This document shows, piece after piece, positions 45,424-53,200 of a DNA stretch of 64,000 nt. The notes below the pieces were generated by a model. The model was given only the letters and a program-made list of their open reading frames with translations. It was not told where the DNA came from and ran no database searches. This DNA comes from a virus (Duplodnaviria; Caudoviricetes): the IMG/VR virus record IMGVR_UViG_3300042870_001240; one strand, given 5' to 3'. Within the stretch, counting starts at the first letter, position 1; each line of letters opens with the position of its first letter. A program made the position numbers and the translations under genes.

Positions 45424-47283
45424 TTATTTTATCTCACATCCATCAGCCCCACAAGCGATTTCACCACTTAGGTTTGTTTCATCAGAATGTTCAACAACTT
45501 TAGTTAAATCAATCGAATGTAATTTTGAATAAAGTAATTCAAACTCTTCTTTTGTACAATCAGTGAATGGTGCTTGGATGTAAGAACCATTATCGTAAGG
45601 TAATACTGATAATCCATTATAGAAATCACGATTATTCCAAAACCATTCTCCCACTAACCCCCAATCTTCCGCCTTCAAACTAATTGTTGCCGATACGTTG
45701 TGCATATTTGAACCTCCTCTATGTCCTGGTCTAACCCACTCTTGAGTTACTTTTTTAACTCTTTCCAATAATTGGAATGGACTTTCCGTTCTTAATATCG
45801 CTCCTTCAGGTGCCTTTTGCGGTACCGAAATTACTGCAGTATCGTGAGGTCTAAAGAATTCGTCTTCAACTAATTCAGGGTGAAACTTACTCAAATATTG
45901 GTAAATAGACTCATTTTTTCCAACACGAATTCTTCTGATATAATAATCGTTATGCCAAGCATGAATTCCTGAAGATGTACCTAAAGTTAATGATGTTGTT
46001 CCCGCAGGTTTTACTGTCGTAGTTCTTGCAGATTTATTAATACCAATTAATTTAGCCACTCTTTCGTTTTCTTCTTTAACAATTTTTGCCGACTCTTTCA
46101 TGTTATAACCTAAAACTACTCCAGAACCGATTCCCGTCATAGAAACACCGATTAATGCGTCTTTCTCAGTTGTTCTTTTCCAAATATCTCTTAAATAATG
46201 GAAGTTAGTGTAACCCGCTTGTAATGTCCCAATAAAAGCCGCCGCTCTAACACGGTTATTTAAATCTTCTTGTGATTCAATGTCAGAAACATTTACTTCA
46301 CATAAATTACAAAACTGATTAGGTCTTAGTGCGATTTCACAACAAGGGTTTGTTCCCCAATCTTTATCATTTGTAAAATAAATTCCTGGTTCACCTGCTC
46401 CTGACGCCTCAATACGTTTCCATAAATCCATGAAAAATTCTTGGGTAATTTTATGTCTTAATAACGCCGCTGAGTTATTTGCTCTACCTCTTTGTGGATT
46501 TGTTTCCCACCAATTACCTGACTTACAAGAAATCATTTCTTGGTCATCAGCACTAAACAATGAAATTAATGCCGCTCGTCTAATACCTCCTGCAAGAACT
46601 GCGTCAGCAATATGACAAACCATATCATGAACTTCAATAGGTGTTAATCTGTCTCCATCTTGTTTTGATTCTAAAATTCCTTTTAATTTATGTAAACAAT
46701 CTTTAAGTGGTTGAGGTCCTGGTGCTTTTCCTCCTGATGTTACAAGTTGAGCTCCTTTCTGTCTGATATCTGAGAAATCAAAATCAGGTGTTGATACTTG
46801 TTCTCCAAAATAGGATTTGAATAATACTTTAATTGCGTCCGCCCATCCTTCGATTGAGTCCCCAATTAAGTATCGTCTTTTTCTGTTCTCACTTGGTTTT
46901 CTAACTTCAGGTAATTTTTCTACGTGGTGTTTTTGTACTGAGTAACCAACACCTGTTCCACCTAATAATAGGAACATCGATTCAGAAAATGCGTCCAAGT
47001 GGTCGATTGGTAAATAAGCACAGTTATAAATTCTGTTTGGTGATATTTCAATTGGTTTTCCACCAAATTGCATTGACCTCATTGAGGGTAATACTTTCTT
47101 ATCATACACCAACTTATACACCTCTTTAATCTCACTTTCAAGTGATGGGTATTTTTTAATGTGCATGTTTATGTTTCGGGTTACTAATTCTTCCCAAGTT
47201 TCACGTCTGTTTAATTCAGGTACAAATTTTGCGTACTTCATATAGACTGTTAAGTCCGATAAAATCTTTTGTGATGCGTCCAT
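45424..47283 (-). CDS. nrdJ: class II (adenosylcobalamin-dependent) ribonucleotide reductase
   Basis: YNCAY, NPCCEI, FCNLCE, TTVKPAGTTS and C-terminal CGADGC; likely start MDASQ at 47283 (track gives 47349). Confidence 0.88.
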   Translation of the reverse strand: MDASQKILSDLTVYMKYAKFVPELNRRETWEELVTRNINMHIKKYPSLESEIKEVYKLVYDKKVLPSMRSMQFGGKPIEISPNRIYNCAYLPIDHLDAFSESMFLLLGGTGVGYSVQKHHVEKLPEVRKPSENRKRRYLIGDSIEGWADAIKVLFKSYFGEQVSTPDFDFSDIRQKGAQLVTSGGKAPGPQPLKDCLHKLKGILESKQDGDRLTPIEVHDMVCHIADAVLAGGIRRAALISLFSADDQEMISCKSGNWWETNPQRGRANNSAALLRHKITQEFFMDLWKRIEASGAGEPGIYFTNDKDWGTNPCCEIALRPNQFCNLCEVNVSDIESQEDLNNRVRAAAFIGTLQAGYTNFHYLRDIWKRTTEKDALIGVSMTGIGSGVVLGYNMKESAKIVKEENERVAKLIGINKSARTTTVKPAGTTSLTLGTSSGIHAWHNDYYIRRIRVGKNESIYQYLSKFHPELVEDEFFRPHDTAVISVPQKAPEGAILRTESPFQLLERVKKVTQEWVRPGHRGGSNMHNVSATISLKAEDWGLVGEWFWNNRDFYNGLSVLPYDNGSYIQAPFTDCTKEEFELLYSKLHSIDLTKVVEHSDETNLSGEIACGADGCEIK

Positions 47284-47317
47284 AGTTCTACTAATTCTTA
47301 TTTTTTTATTTTTTTGG

Positions 47318-48694
47318 TTATTGTTTTTCTCTTTCTTTTCTTTTATCAATCAAATCCTTAATTCGTTGTCTATTTCTTTCTTCTGTCTGTTCTTCAAGAC
47401 CTAAGAATGTCACTGATGATTCTGTATCGATATCTAACATACCGTTATCAAATTTACAGTTTTCAAATACAACACCGTCATCACCAATTCTTGATTTAGT
47501 AATAGCAATTGTCGCCAATTTCATTTCTTTTTGTTGTAGTGATTTTGCCACGGAAATGATTACGTGTCCAACCTGAGCTTTCTTGATTGACCCACCCATT
47601 TGGTCTGTGGTAACTACCTCTGAAGATATTGAACTTCTGTTACCTTGAGTCGCAGTCCAACCAACTAAATCTAACTCATGACACATAGATTCAAAACCTC
47701 TCATAACCGAACCTTCTGACTTCCATTCGTCACCTAAATTTTTATCAGGCACCACACAATCAATATAATCAAGTAATACCATGTCAATCTTAATACCGTC
47801 AGCAATCATTTTTCTAATTTGTCCTTTGATTTGTAACATAGTTACGGTATCAGATGGTAATTTTTTAAGTATTAACTTATTCTCCATAGAATCTTTAATC
47901 TCTTTGACTTTAGCCATTACTTCTTCTTTCTTCGTAGTTAACTCATCAGGATGCACTTTCGTCCATAATGTGATATGTTTTCTTTGAATAATTTTAGGGT
48001 TGTCCTCAAAAAATATTTGTAGAACATTATAACCTAAATTAAATGCGTGATTTGAGATTTTAGTTAACAATGTTGACTTACCAACACCTGTTGGTGCTAA
48101 TATTACACCGATTTCACCTCGTGCTAAACCACCTTTTAAGAGTCTATCAATACCTGGGATACCCATTGGTATTGGATGTCTATAATCTTCGTTTAAAACC
48201 TCATCTAAGTTGTTAAAAACGTCTTCCATACCATCTTGTCTCTCACCAACTTGTAACGCCTCTCTAACGAGTGTTTCCAAAGTATCGTAATTCTCAAACT
48301 CACCACCGTCAATTACTTTTTGAGCCTTTGTAATCGCCTTCTGCAATTCTTGTTGTTTACAGAATTTCAACGCTTTCTCTTGAACAAATTCTTGTCCATC
48401 AGTCGGAGCATCTTTAATTTTTGTTAAAGTATCTAAGACAATTTTAGACGCTAATTCTTGTTGTAGTTCTGATTTTGTAATTTGTTCTAAAGTATCAAAC
48501 GTTGGTGTGTGTTCGTATTTAGAGTAATACTCCTTAACCATTTGAATAATTATCTTAAAATATTTATTTTCAAAATAATTATTCTCAATTACATCAATAA
48601 TTGACCTTGAAAAGTCTTTATCAACGATGATTTGGTTTAATAATTGTATCTGAAAAGTGCTTCCTAGATAATCAAAATTTTTGTTTGACGCCAT
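47318..48694 (-). CDS. dnaB: replicative DNA helicase, DnaB/gp41-like
   Basis: Walker A APTGVGKS, LLDYID and WTATQGNR. Confidence 0.9.
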   Translation of the reverse strand: MASNKNFDYLGSTFQIQLLNQIIVDKDFSRSIIDVIENNYFENKYFKIIIQMVKEYYSKYEHTPTFDTLEQITKSELQQELASKIVLDTLTKIKDAPTDGQEFVQEKALKFCKQQELQKAITKAQKVIDGGEFENYDTLETLVREALQVGERQDGMEDVFNNLDEVLNEDYRHPIPMGIPGIDRLLKGGLARGEIGVILAPTGVGKSTLLTKISNHAFNLGYNVLQIFFEDNPKIIQRKHITLWTKVHPDELTTKKEEVMAKVKEIKDSMENKLILKKLPSDTVTMLQIKGQIRKMIADGIKIDMVLLDYIDCVVPDKNLGDEWKSEGSVMRGFESMCHELDLVGWTATQGNRSSISSEVVTTDQMGGSIKKAQVGHVIISVAKSLQQKEMKLATIAITKSRIGDDGVVFENCKFDNGMLDIDTESSVTFLGLEEQTEERNRQRIKDLIDKRKEREKQ

Positions 48695-48722
48695 GTGTGT
48701 TTAGTATTGTTTAAAATAAATA

Positions 48723-49181
48723 TTAGACATTAGTCGGAATTCCAAGGTACTCGTACGTTAAATTTTCTCTTGAAAAAATGTCAGTTAATTCCGAAAGTAT
48801 ACTTTTTATATGAGGGCGTATGTCTACGGTGTATCTTATCTTTGGCGGGAAGATTTTTGCATCCATCTGTCTATGACAAATTGTCATGTCTCCATCCTTA
48901 ATAAAAATGTTAAATTTTTCAGGACCGTCAGTATTTGATGTTTCAAGCATCATTGGGTTATGTGTAATCTCGTAAGAATTCTCCAACAAATAAATTGTCG
49001 ACTTCATTTTTAACTCATACTCTAAAGATTCTTTTAACTCATAAAGATACTCATATAACTCAAGCGAATTTTTCGCATCAGAGTTATAATTTCTTACGTT
49101 AAAAAATCTTTGGACAATGATGTTGTCGTTAACCATCATTAAAAATTCTAACTTTGTTATTTCTTGGTTTTTCATAATCAT
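48723..49181 (-). CDS. hypothetical protein, 152 aa
   Basis: ORF within the replication operon. Confidence 0.75.
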   Translation of the reverse strand: MIMKNQEITKLEFLMMVNDNIIVQRFFNVRNYNSDAKNSLELYEYLYELKESLEYELKMKSTIYLLENSYEITHNPMMLETSNTDGPEKFNIFIKDGDMTICHRQMDAKIFPPKIRYTVDIRPHIKSILSELTDIFSRENLTYEYLGIPTNV

Positions 49182-49183
49182 TA

Positions 49184-50188
49184 TTATTTTTGTTTATAAT
49201 TTTTCTTTTCTTTTCTTGTTAATTTTAAAAATGGGGTCAAGAAGTTTACCCAATTATTATCCCCTTTAGGTAGATACTTAAAAAACCCATCTTCCATCAT
49301 CATTTTAATGATATTCCTATGTCCTCTCCCATCTGGGTCTAAAGATTCTGTATAATATAATTCTACGAGTGTTTTACCTTCATCGGTAATTAATGGGTTT
49401 GATAAGTCTACAATTTTTTCATTGATTTCAAAAAATTCGTTTCCGTAAATTCCTGTTTTTGTTTTTCCTGACAAAAGATTTTTTAATACTGTATTGTCTT
49501 TATCCTCAGACAACAATCTTTCAGCCTTTGATAAAATATCGGTTATATTAACCGTTTCGTCAAGTATCTCAGGAAATAATTTAATTAAAGTTTTTTCCCC
49601 TAAATAATAAATTCCATCAATATTATCGGACTTATCTCCAGATAATATCTTATAGGTTTTTACGTTCTCATGTGGAATGGAATAGTCGTAGATTTTGATT
49701 TTATCCCCGTTCTTATACGTTTGTTTTGCCGATGGGGAATAGACACTCACCTTATCTGAAATAAGTTGTGTAAGGTCTTTATCTGACGAAAAAATGGTTT
49801 TAAACTCGTTGTGAGAAATCTGACAATAGTATGCGATTAAATCATCAGCCTCGTTGTTAGTAATGTTTATCTGTCTAATAAACATCTCTTCTAAATATTG
49901 TTTTACCCTTTCGTTTTGATACTGAAATGAAGTCTCTTTATAAACATTAACTTCCTTTACTCTATTTTCTTTGTATCTAGGATAGAGAAGTTTTCTACTT
50001 AAAGAATTATCATCTCCATCCCAAAATACAACTACCTTATCAAAATTTTGTTCTTCAATAAATCTTCTGATAGTATTTAAAAAATGCCATATACCACCAA
50101 TATGTTTACCATTATGATAAAAATCTTTTACCCCATGAAATCCAATCTTAAGGAGGTTATTCCCATCGACTAATAATGTTTTTATCAC
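49184..50188 (-). CDS. 5'-3' exonuclease / flap endonuclease (PolA N-domain, T4 RNase H-like)
   Basis: LLVDGNN, EADDLIA, SSDKDLTQL and GDKSDNIDGI...GEKT. Confidence 0.9.
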   Translation of the reverse strand: MIKTLLVDGNNLLKIGFHGVKDFYHNGKHIGGIWHFLNTIRRFIEEQNFDKVVVFWDGDDNSLSRKLLYPRYKENRVKEVNVYKETSFQYQNERVKQYLEEMFIRQINITNNEADDLIAYYCQISHNEFKTIFSSDKDLTQLISDKVSVYSPSAKQTYKNGDKIKIYDYSIPHENVKTYKILSGDKSDNIDGIYYLGEKTLIKLFPEILDETVNITDILSKAERLLSEDKDNTVLKNLLSGKTKTGIYGNEFFEINEKIVDLSNPLITDEGKTLVELYYTESLDPDGRGHRNIIKMMMEDGFFKYLPKGDNNWVNFLTPFLKLTRKEKKNYKQK

Positions 50189-50204
50189 TTATGTTGGTTT
50201 ATAG

Positions 50205-51209
50205 TTATGACTGTTCTCTTTCTTCTTTTAAATCAAAATCACCATCTGTTCCAATGATTTCTTTCCAATAGTCGGCGTACTCTTTCTTGTATTTTTCGAT
50301 AGATGCTTTTTCTTCTGTTGCTTCTTTTCCCGCAATAAATCCATGAGGTGTTACGATGATTTTTCCATCTTCATAACCTAAACCATTAATATGGTTTTTC
50401 ATTACAGATACTTTAGTTCTTGACGCAAATTTAATTGTTCTTTTATCTTTAGTTGCGGTTATTTTAGTTGTCCCAGCACCTTTTTGATTACCAAATAAAA
50501 ATACTAAAGAAGAGTTTAACCAAATAGCCTCACCACCCTTCGCTTTAATCTTAGGTTGTCCAAATGGATTATCGGGTAATTCCACCCAAGGTTGGTTCAC
50601 TATAATTAAAGTGTTTTCGTATTTTGAATCAGCCTTACGACTTCCTGAAATACGTTGGTTAATACCCATACCTATTTTATCGGCTAATGTAGAGGCGTTA
50701 TGTTGCTTCCCACCTTTTCCTTCAAAAGTCATTTTACAAGGTACAGAACCAACTGAATCCCACATAAAACATAAACTGTAATCTAACTCTCCTTTCTCTT
50801 GAGCATCCAATAAACTATTGATGTAATCTGTAATTTGTTCAATATAACTGAAGTTATTATTGAATATGTAGAATCCGTCCCAATCTAATTCTCCCGTTCC
50901 TTCGTCAACCACTTGCTCACAGTCAAAACCCATTAGTTTTGCGTGCTCAAACGACCATTTTTGTTCCGTAATAATAAACACAGGAAGTATACCTTTCTTT
51001 TGAGCATCAACCGCAGTCTTTACCAATGCCGTTGTTTTTCCTGTATCTGAGTGACCTAAAAACATATTCAAATGTCCTATTGCGGGTCCTGGTAAACCGA
51101 CCGCATCTAAGAAATCATTACCCAAATCAAAAAACCTTTGGGGTTTATATTTCGCAGACGTTGAGAATTTATCTTTAATTGACTTAAAGTCATTTTTCTT
51201 AATTGCCAT
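50205..51209 (-). CDS. recA: RecA/UvsX-like recombinase
   Basis: Walker A GHSDTGKT, MWDSVGS, IIVNQ and KGGEAI; likely start MAIKK at 51209. Confidence 0.85.
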   Translation of the reverse strand: MAIKKNDFKSIKDKFSTSAKYKPQRFFDLGNDFLDAVGLPGPAIGHLNMFLGHSDTGKTTALVKTAVDAQKKGILPVFIITEQKWSFEHAKLMGFDCEQVVDEGTGELDWDGFYIFNNNFSYIEQITDYINSLLDAQEKGELDYSLCFMWDSVGSVPCKMTFEGKGGKQHNASTLADKIGMGINQRISGSRKADSKYENTLIIVNQPWVELPDNPFGQPKIKAKGGEAIWLNSSLVFLFGNQKGAGTTKITATKDKRTIKFASRTKVSVMKNHINGLGYEDGKIIVTPHGFIAGKEATEEKASIEKYKKEYADYWKEIIGTDGDFDLKEEREQS

Positions 51210-51240
51210 ATTGTCTATGTATTTGTTAAATGTTTTGTTA

Positions 51241-51296
51241 AAAAATAAAAACTTGGACATATACATGGACACAATGTCCTAGTAAGTGTCCAAGTT
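51241..51296 (-). terminator. long interrupted hairpin plus U-tract between ssb and recA
   Basis: AACTTGGACA...TGTCCAAGTT outer stem with an inner GGACA-ttg-TGTCC stem. Confidence 0.6.
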
Positions 51297-51303
51297 CAAT
51301 AAC

Positions 51304-52164
51304 TTAAAATGGGAGGTCTTCGTCAGGTGCACTATTTGCTTGTAAATCAGTTGTCGGTTGTTTTTCAGATTTACCCCCCATAGAAATTTCTGACTCATCA
51401 GAGTTTCCATATGAGTATCCACCTTTGTCACTATCCCAACGTGGAGTTTCTCCTCGTGCAATTGCTTCAAGATATTCTACAGGTTTTTTAGAATAAACGT
51501 CAGACCAAGTAAGTTCATCTGTAATCCAAGATTTTGCAGTATCAGCATCTTCGTGAACAGGTCCTGCGTCTTCATACATAACAGTTTGGATAACTGTGTA
51601 AACCGCCCCTTTTGGGGTTTTTGCTTTGGTTAATTCAAGGATAATGTCACGACCTGTTGTTGCGTCTGTAATATCACCTTTAGCTCTCCAAATAGGAATA
51701 ATTTTGTCAAGGATTCCTTCGTTTTTGTAATTGTGTTTAAAACGCCAGAATTTAACTCCGTCCGCCTCATTATCACGGTCAATTACTTTTACGATGTAAA
51801 ATTTACGAGGTTTGTATTGTTTAGCAAGTTCCTTGTCAGAATCTCTGCCCGTAGACATAAGTTCTTCGTTAACTTCACTCAAAGGTGAACGTTCGTTGTC
51901 ATTCTTGCCTGGGTCAAATAACTTTACCCATTTTCCATCCACTTGAATCTCATGGAACCATACTTCTTTAAAAGGTGAAGAACCATCAGGTGTTGGTAAG
52001 ATTCTTAATCTTTTTTGACCTTGTTTCTCGTTATCCTTAAGGATTGCCGCGAAATACTTTTTCAATCTATCTTCTTGAGATATTTTTGAGGTGGAAGTAT
52101 AACCACCTTGTTTTGATTGTTCGTACTGTGCTAGTACCGAATCTAGGGATTTGTTTGTCGCCAT
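51304..52164 (-). CDS. single-stranded DNA-binding protein, T4 gp32-like
   Basis: RLRILP...PF.EVWFH, FYIVKVIDR...GVKFWRF, GRDIIL and acidic DEDLPF tail. Confidence 0.82.
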   Translation of the reverse strand: MATNKSLDSVLAQYEQSKQGGYTSTSKISQEDRLKKYFAAILKDNEKQGQKRLRILPTPDGSSPFKEVWFHEIQVDGKWVKLFDPGKNDNERSPLSEVNEELMSTGRDSDKELAKQYKPRKFYIVKVIDRDNEADGVKFWRFKHNYKNEGILDKIIPIWRAKGDITDATTGRDIILELTKAKTPKGAVYTVIQTVMYEDAGPVHEDADTAKSWITDELTWSDVYSKKPVEYLEAIARGETPRWDSDKGGYSYGNSDESEISMGGKSEKQPTTDLQANSAPDEDLPF

Positions 52165-52190
52165 ATAATATAAGTTTTAATTGTTTACTA

Positions 52191-52220
52191 AGTATAAGTG
52201 TCAGCCTTTGTTTTGTCAAA
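52191..52220 (-). promoter_or_regulatory. strong promoter (T)TTGACA-N17-TATACT for the replication operon
   Basis: Read directly on the minus strand, just downstream of a terminator. Confidence 0.75.
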
Positions 52221-52230
52221 TAATTTAAAG

Positions 52231-52257
52231 AAAAAAAAACGGTCACTTAAGACCGTT
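52231..52257 (-). terminator. intrinsic terminator after 52261..52941
   Basis: AACGGTC-6 nt-GACCGTT followed by a long U-tract on the minus strand. Confidence 0.75.
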
Positions 52258-52260
52258 AAT

Positions 52261-52941
52261 TTACTTTAATCTCGAAAAAGTATCGATATCGGTGTCGGTG
52301 TTTTCAAAGTTTCTAAAACTTTTTTTAATATCACCAGGAGAATATGCTTCAACATCATCTTTGGTTAAAATATACTCATTTTTTCCCGACTTTTCCATAT
52401 CTTCTTGTTTATCTTCAAAAAAATCGGTTAGTTTTTGATTAAATGGTCCTGAATCCAAACTTCTCAATTCTAATTTTTCTTCAGGGGTTTTTACTCTATA
52501 TTTTTCAACCTTAGTTTCAAGGTCATTTAATTTATTCATAATTGAATCCATATCAGAAAGTTTACTCTCTAAACCTTCAAGGTGCTTAAATAAATTATCA
52601 AAATATTCTTCTTGTTTTTTCTCAACATTTTGTTGTGATTTAACTAAATCAGTTATATCAAGTTCTTTAGACTTTTTAGTTTCACCTCCAAGTTTTTCAA
52701 CGTCAGGGTCAGATGAAACATCTACAGATTCAGGTGGAACATCCCCTCCAACAGGTGGTGGTGGCATTGCTCCCGCAACAGGTGGCGGTGGAACTGCTCC
52801 CGCATCAGGTGGTGGAGGAACCGCTCCTGCGTCAGGCGGTGGTGGTAATGTAGCATCTTGCTCAGTGATATAATTGTTAATACTCTTATATCTCATGACT
52901 TCATTTAAGATTTTTACGTCTATTTTCATTTTCTTATCCAT
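52261..52941 (-). CDS. polyproline-repeat protein, putative head-internal/structural protein
   Basis: PPPPDAGAV-type repeats after ITEQ; C-terminal coiled coil. Confidence 0.7.
   Translation of the reverse strand: MDKKMKIDVKILNEVMRYKSINNYITEQDATLPPPPDAGAVPPPPDAGAVPPPPVAGAMPPPPVGGDVPPESVDVSSDPDVEKLGGETKKSKELDITDLVKSQQNVEKKQEEYFDNLFKHLEGLESKLSDMDSIMNKLNDLETKVEKYRVKTPEEKLELRSLDSGPFNQKLTDFFEDKQEDMEKSGKNEYILTKDDVEAYSPGDIKKSFRNFENTDTDIDTFSRLK
52751..52858. repeat. 27-nt imperfect tandem repeat (about 4 units) encoding PPPP(D/V)AGA(V/M)
   Basis: acaggtggtggtggcattgctcccgca / acaggtggcggtggaactgctcccgca / tcaggtggtggaggaaccgctcctgcg. Confidence 0.8.
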
Positions 52942-53158
52942 TTAATAATTGTTTTACTCCAGTAGTTGTCTCAACTTGGATTTTTTTATTTTTAGACATA
53001 GTATTGTCCACTCTTTCGATTAGACCGTCTTTCATTCTGATTGTATAACAATCTCCTGTATCTAAATCACAAACTTGCTTATTACCGTCACCTAAATCTT
53101 TTTCGGTGTGTCGAGTATTTTTACCTAAGTAGTTATCTAAAATTAATTTTGTATTCAT
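52934..53158 (-). CDS. hypothetical protein, 74 aa
   Basis: ORF with TATTTAT 14 nt upstream. Confidence 0.7.
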   Translation of the reverse strand: MNTKLILDNYLGKNTRHTEKDLGDGNKQVCDLDTGDCYTIRMKDGLIERVDNTMSKNKKIQVETTTGVKQLLNG

Positions 53159-53200
53159 AATTTCTTTTTTATATAAATATCTTTATTCTGTTAAAAATTT

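Larger units (their letters stand above)
3407..53179. promoter_or_regulatory. dispersed sense-strand TATTTAT motif (putative late promoter), 11 copies
   Basis: 3407-13, 7514-20, 17257-63(+), 22920-26, 24362-68, 25412-18(+), 33767-73, 42658-64, 45022-28, 48716-22, 53173-79; each lies just upstream of a start codon. Confidence 0.7.

Noticed and set aside
45424-51209. Inteins or introns in nrdJ, dnaB or recA
   Set aside because: Protein lengths are normal, catalytic motifs are contiguous, and no Hint blocks were seen
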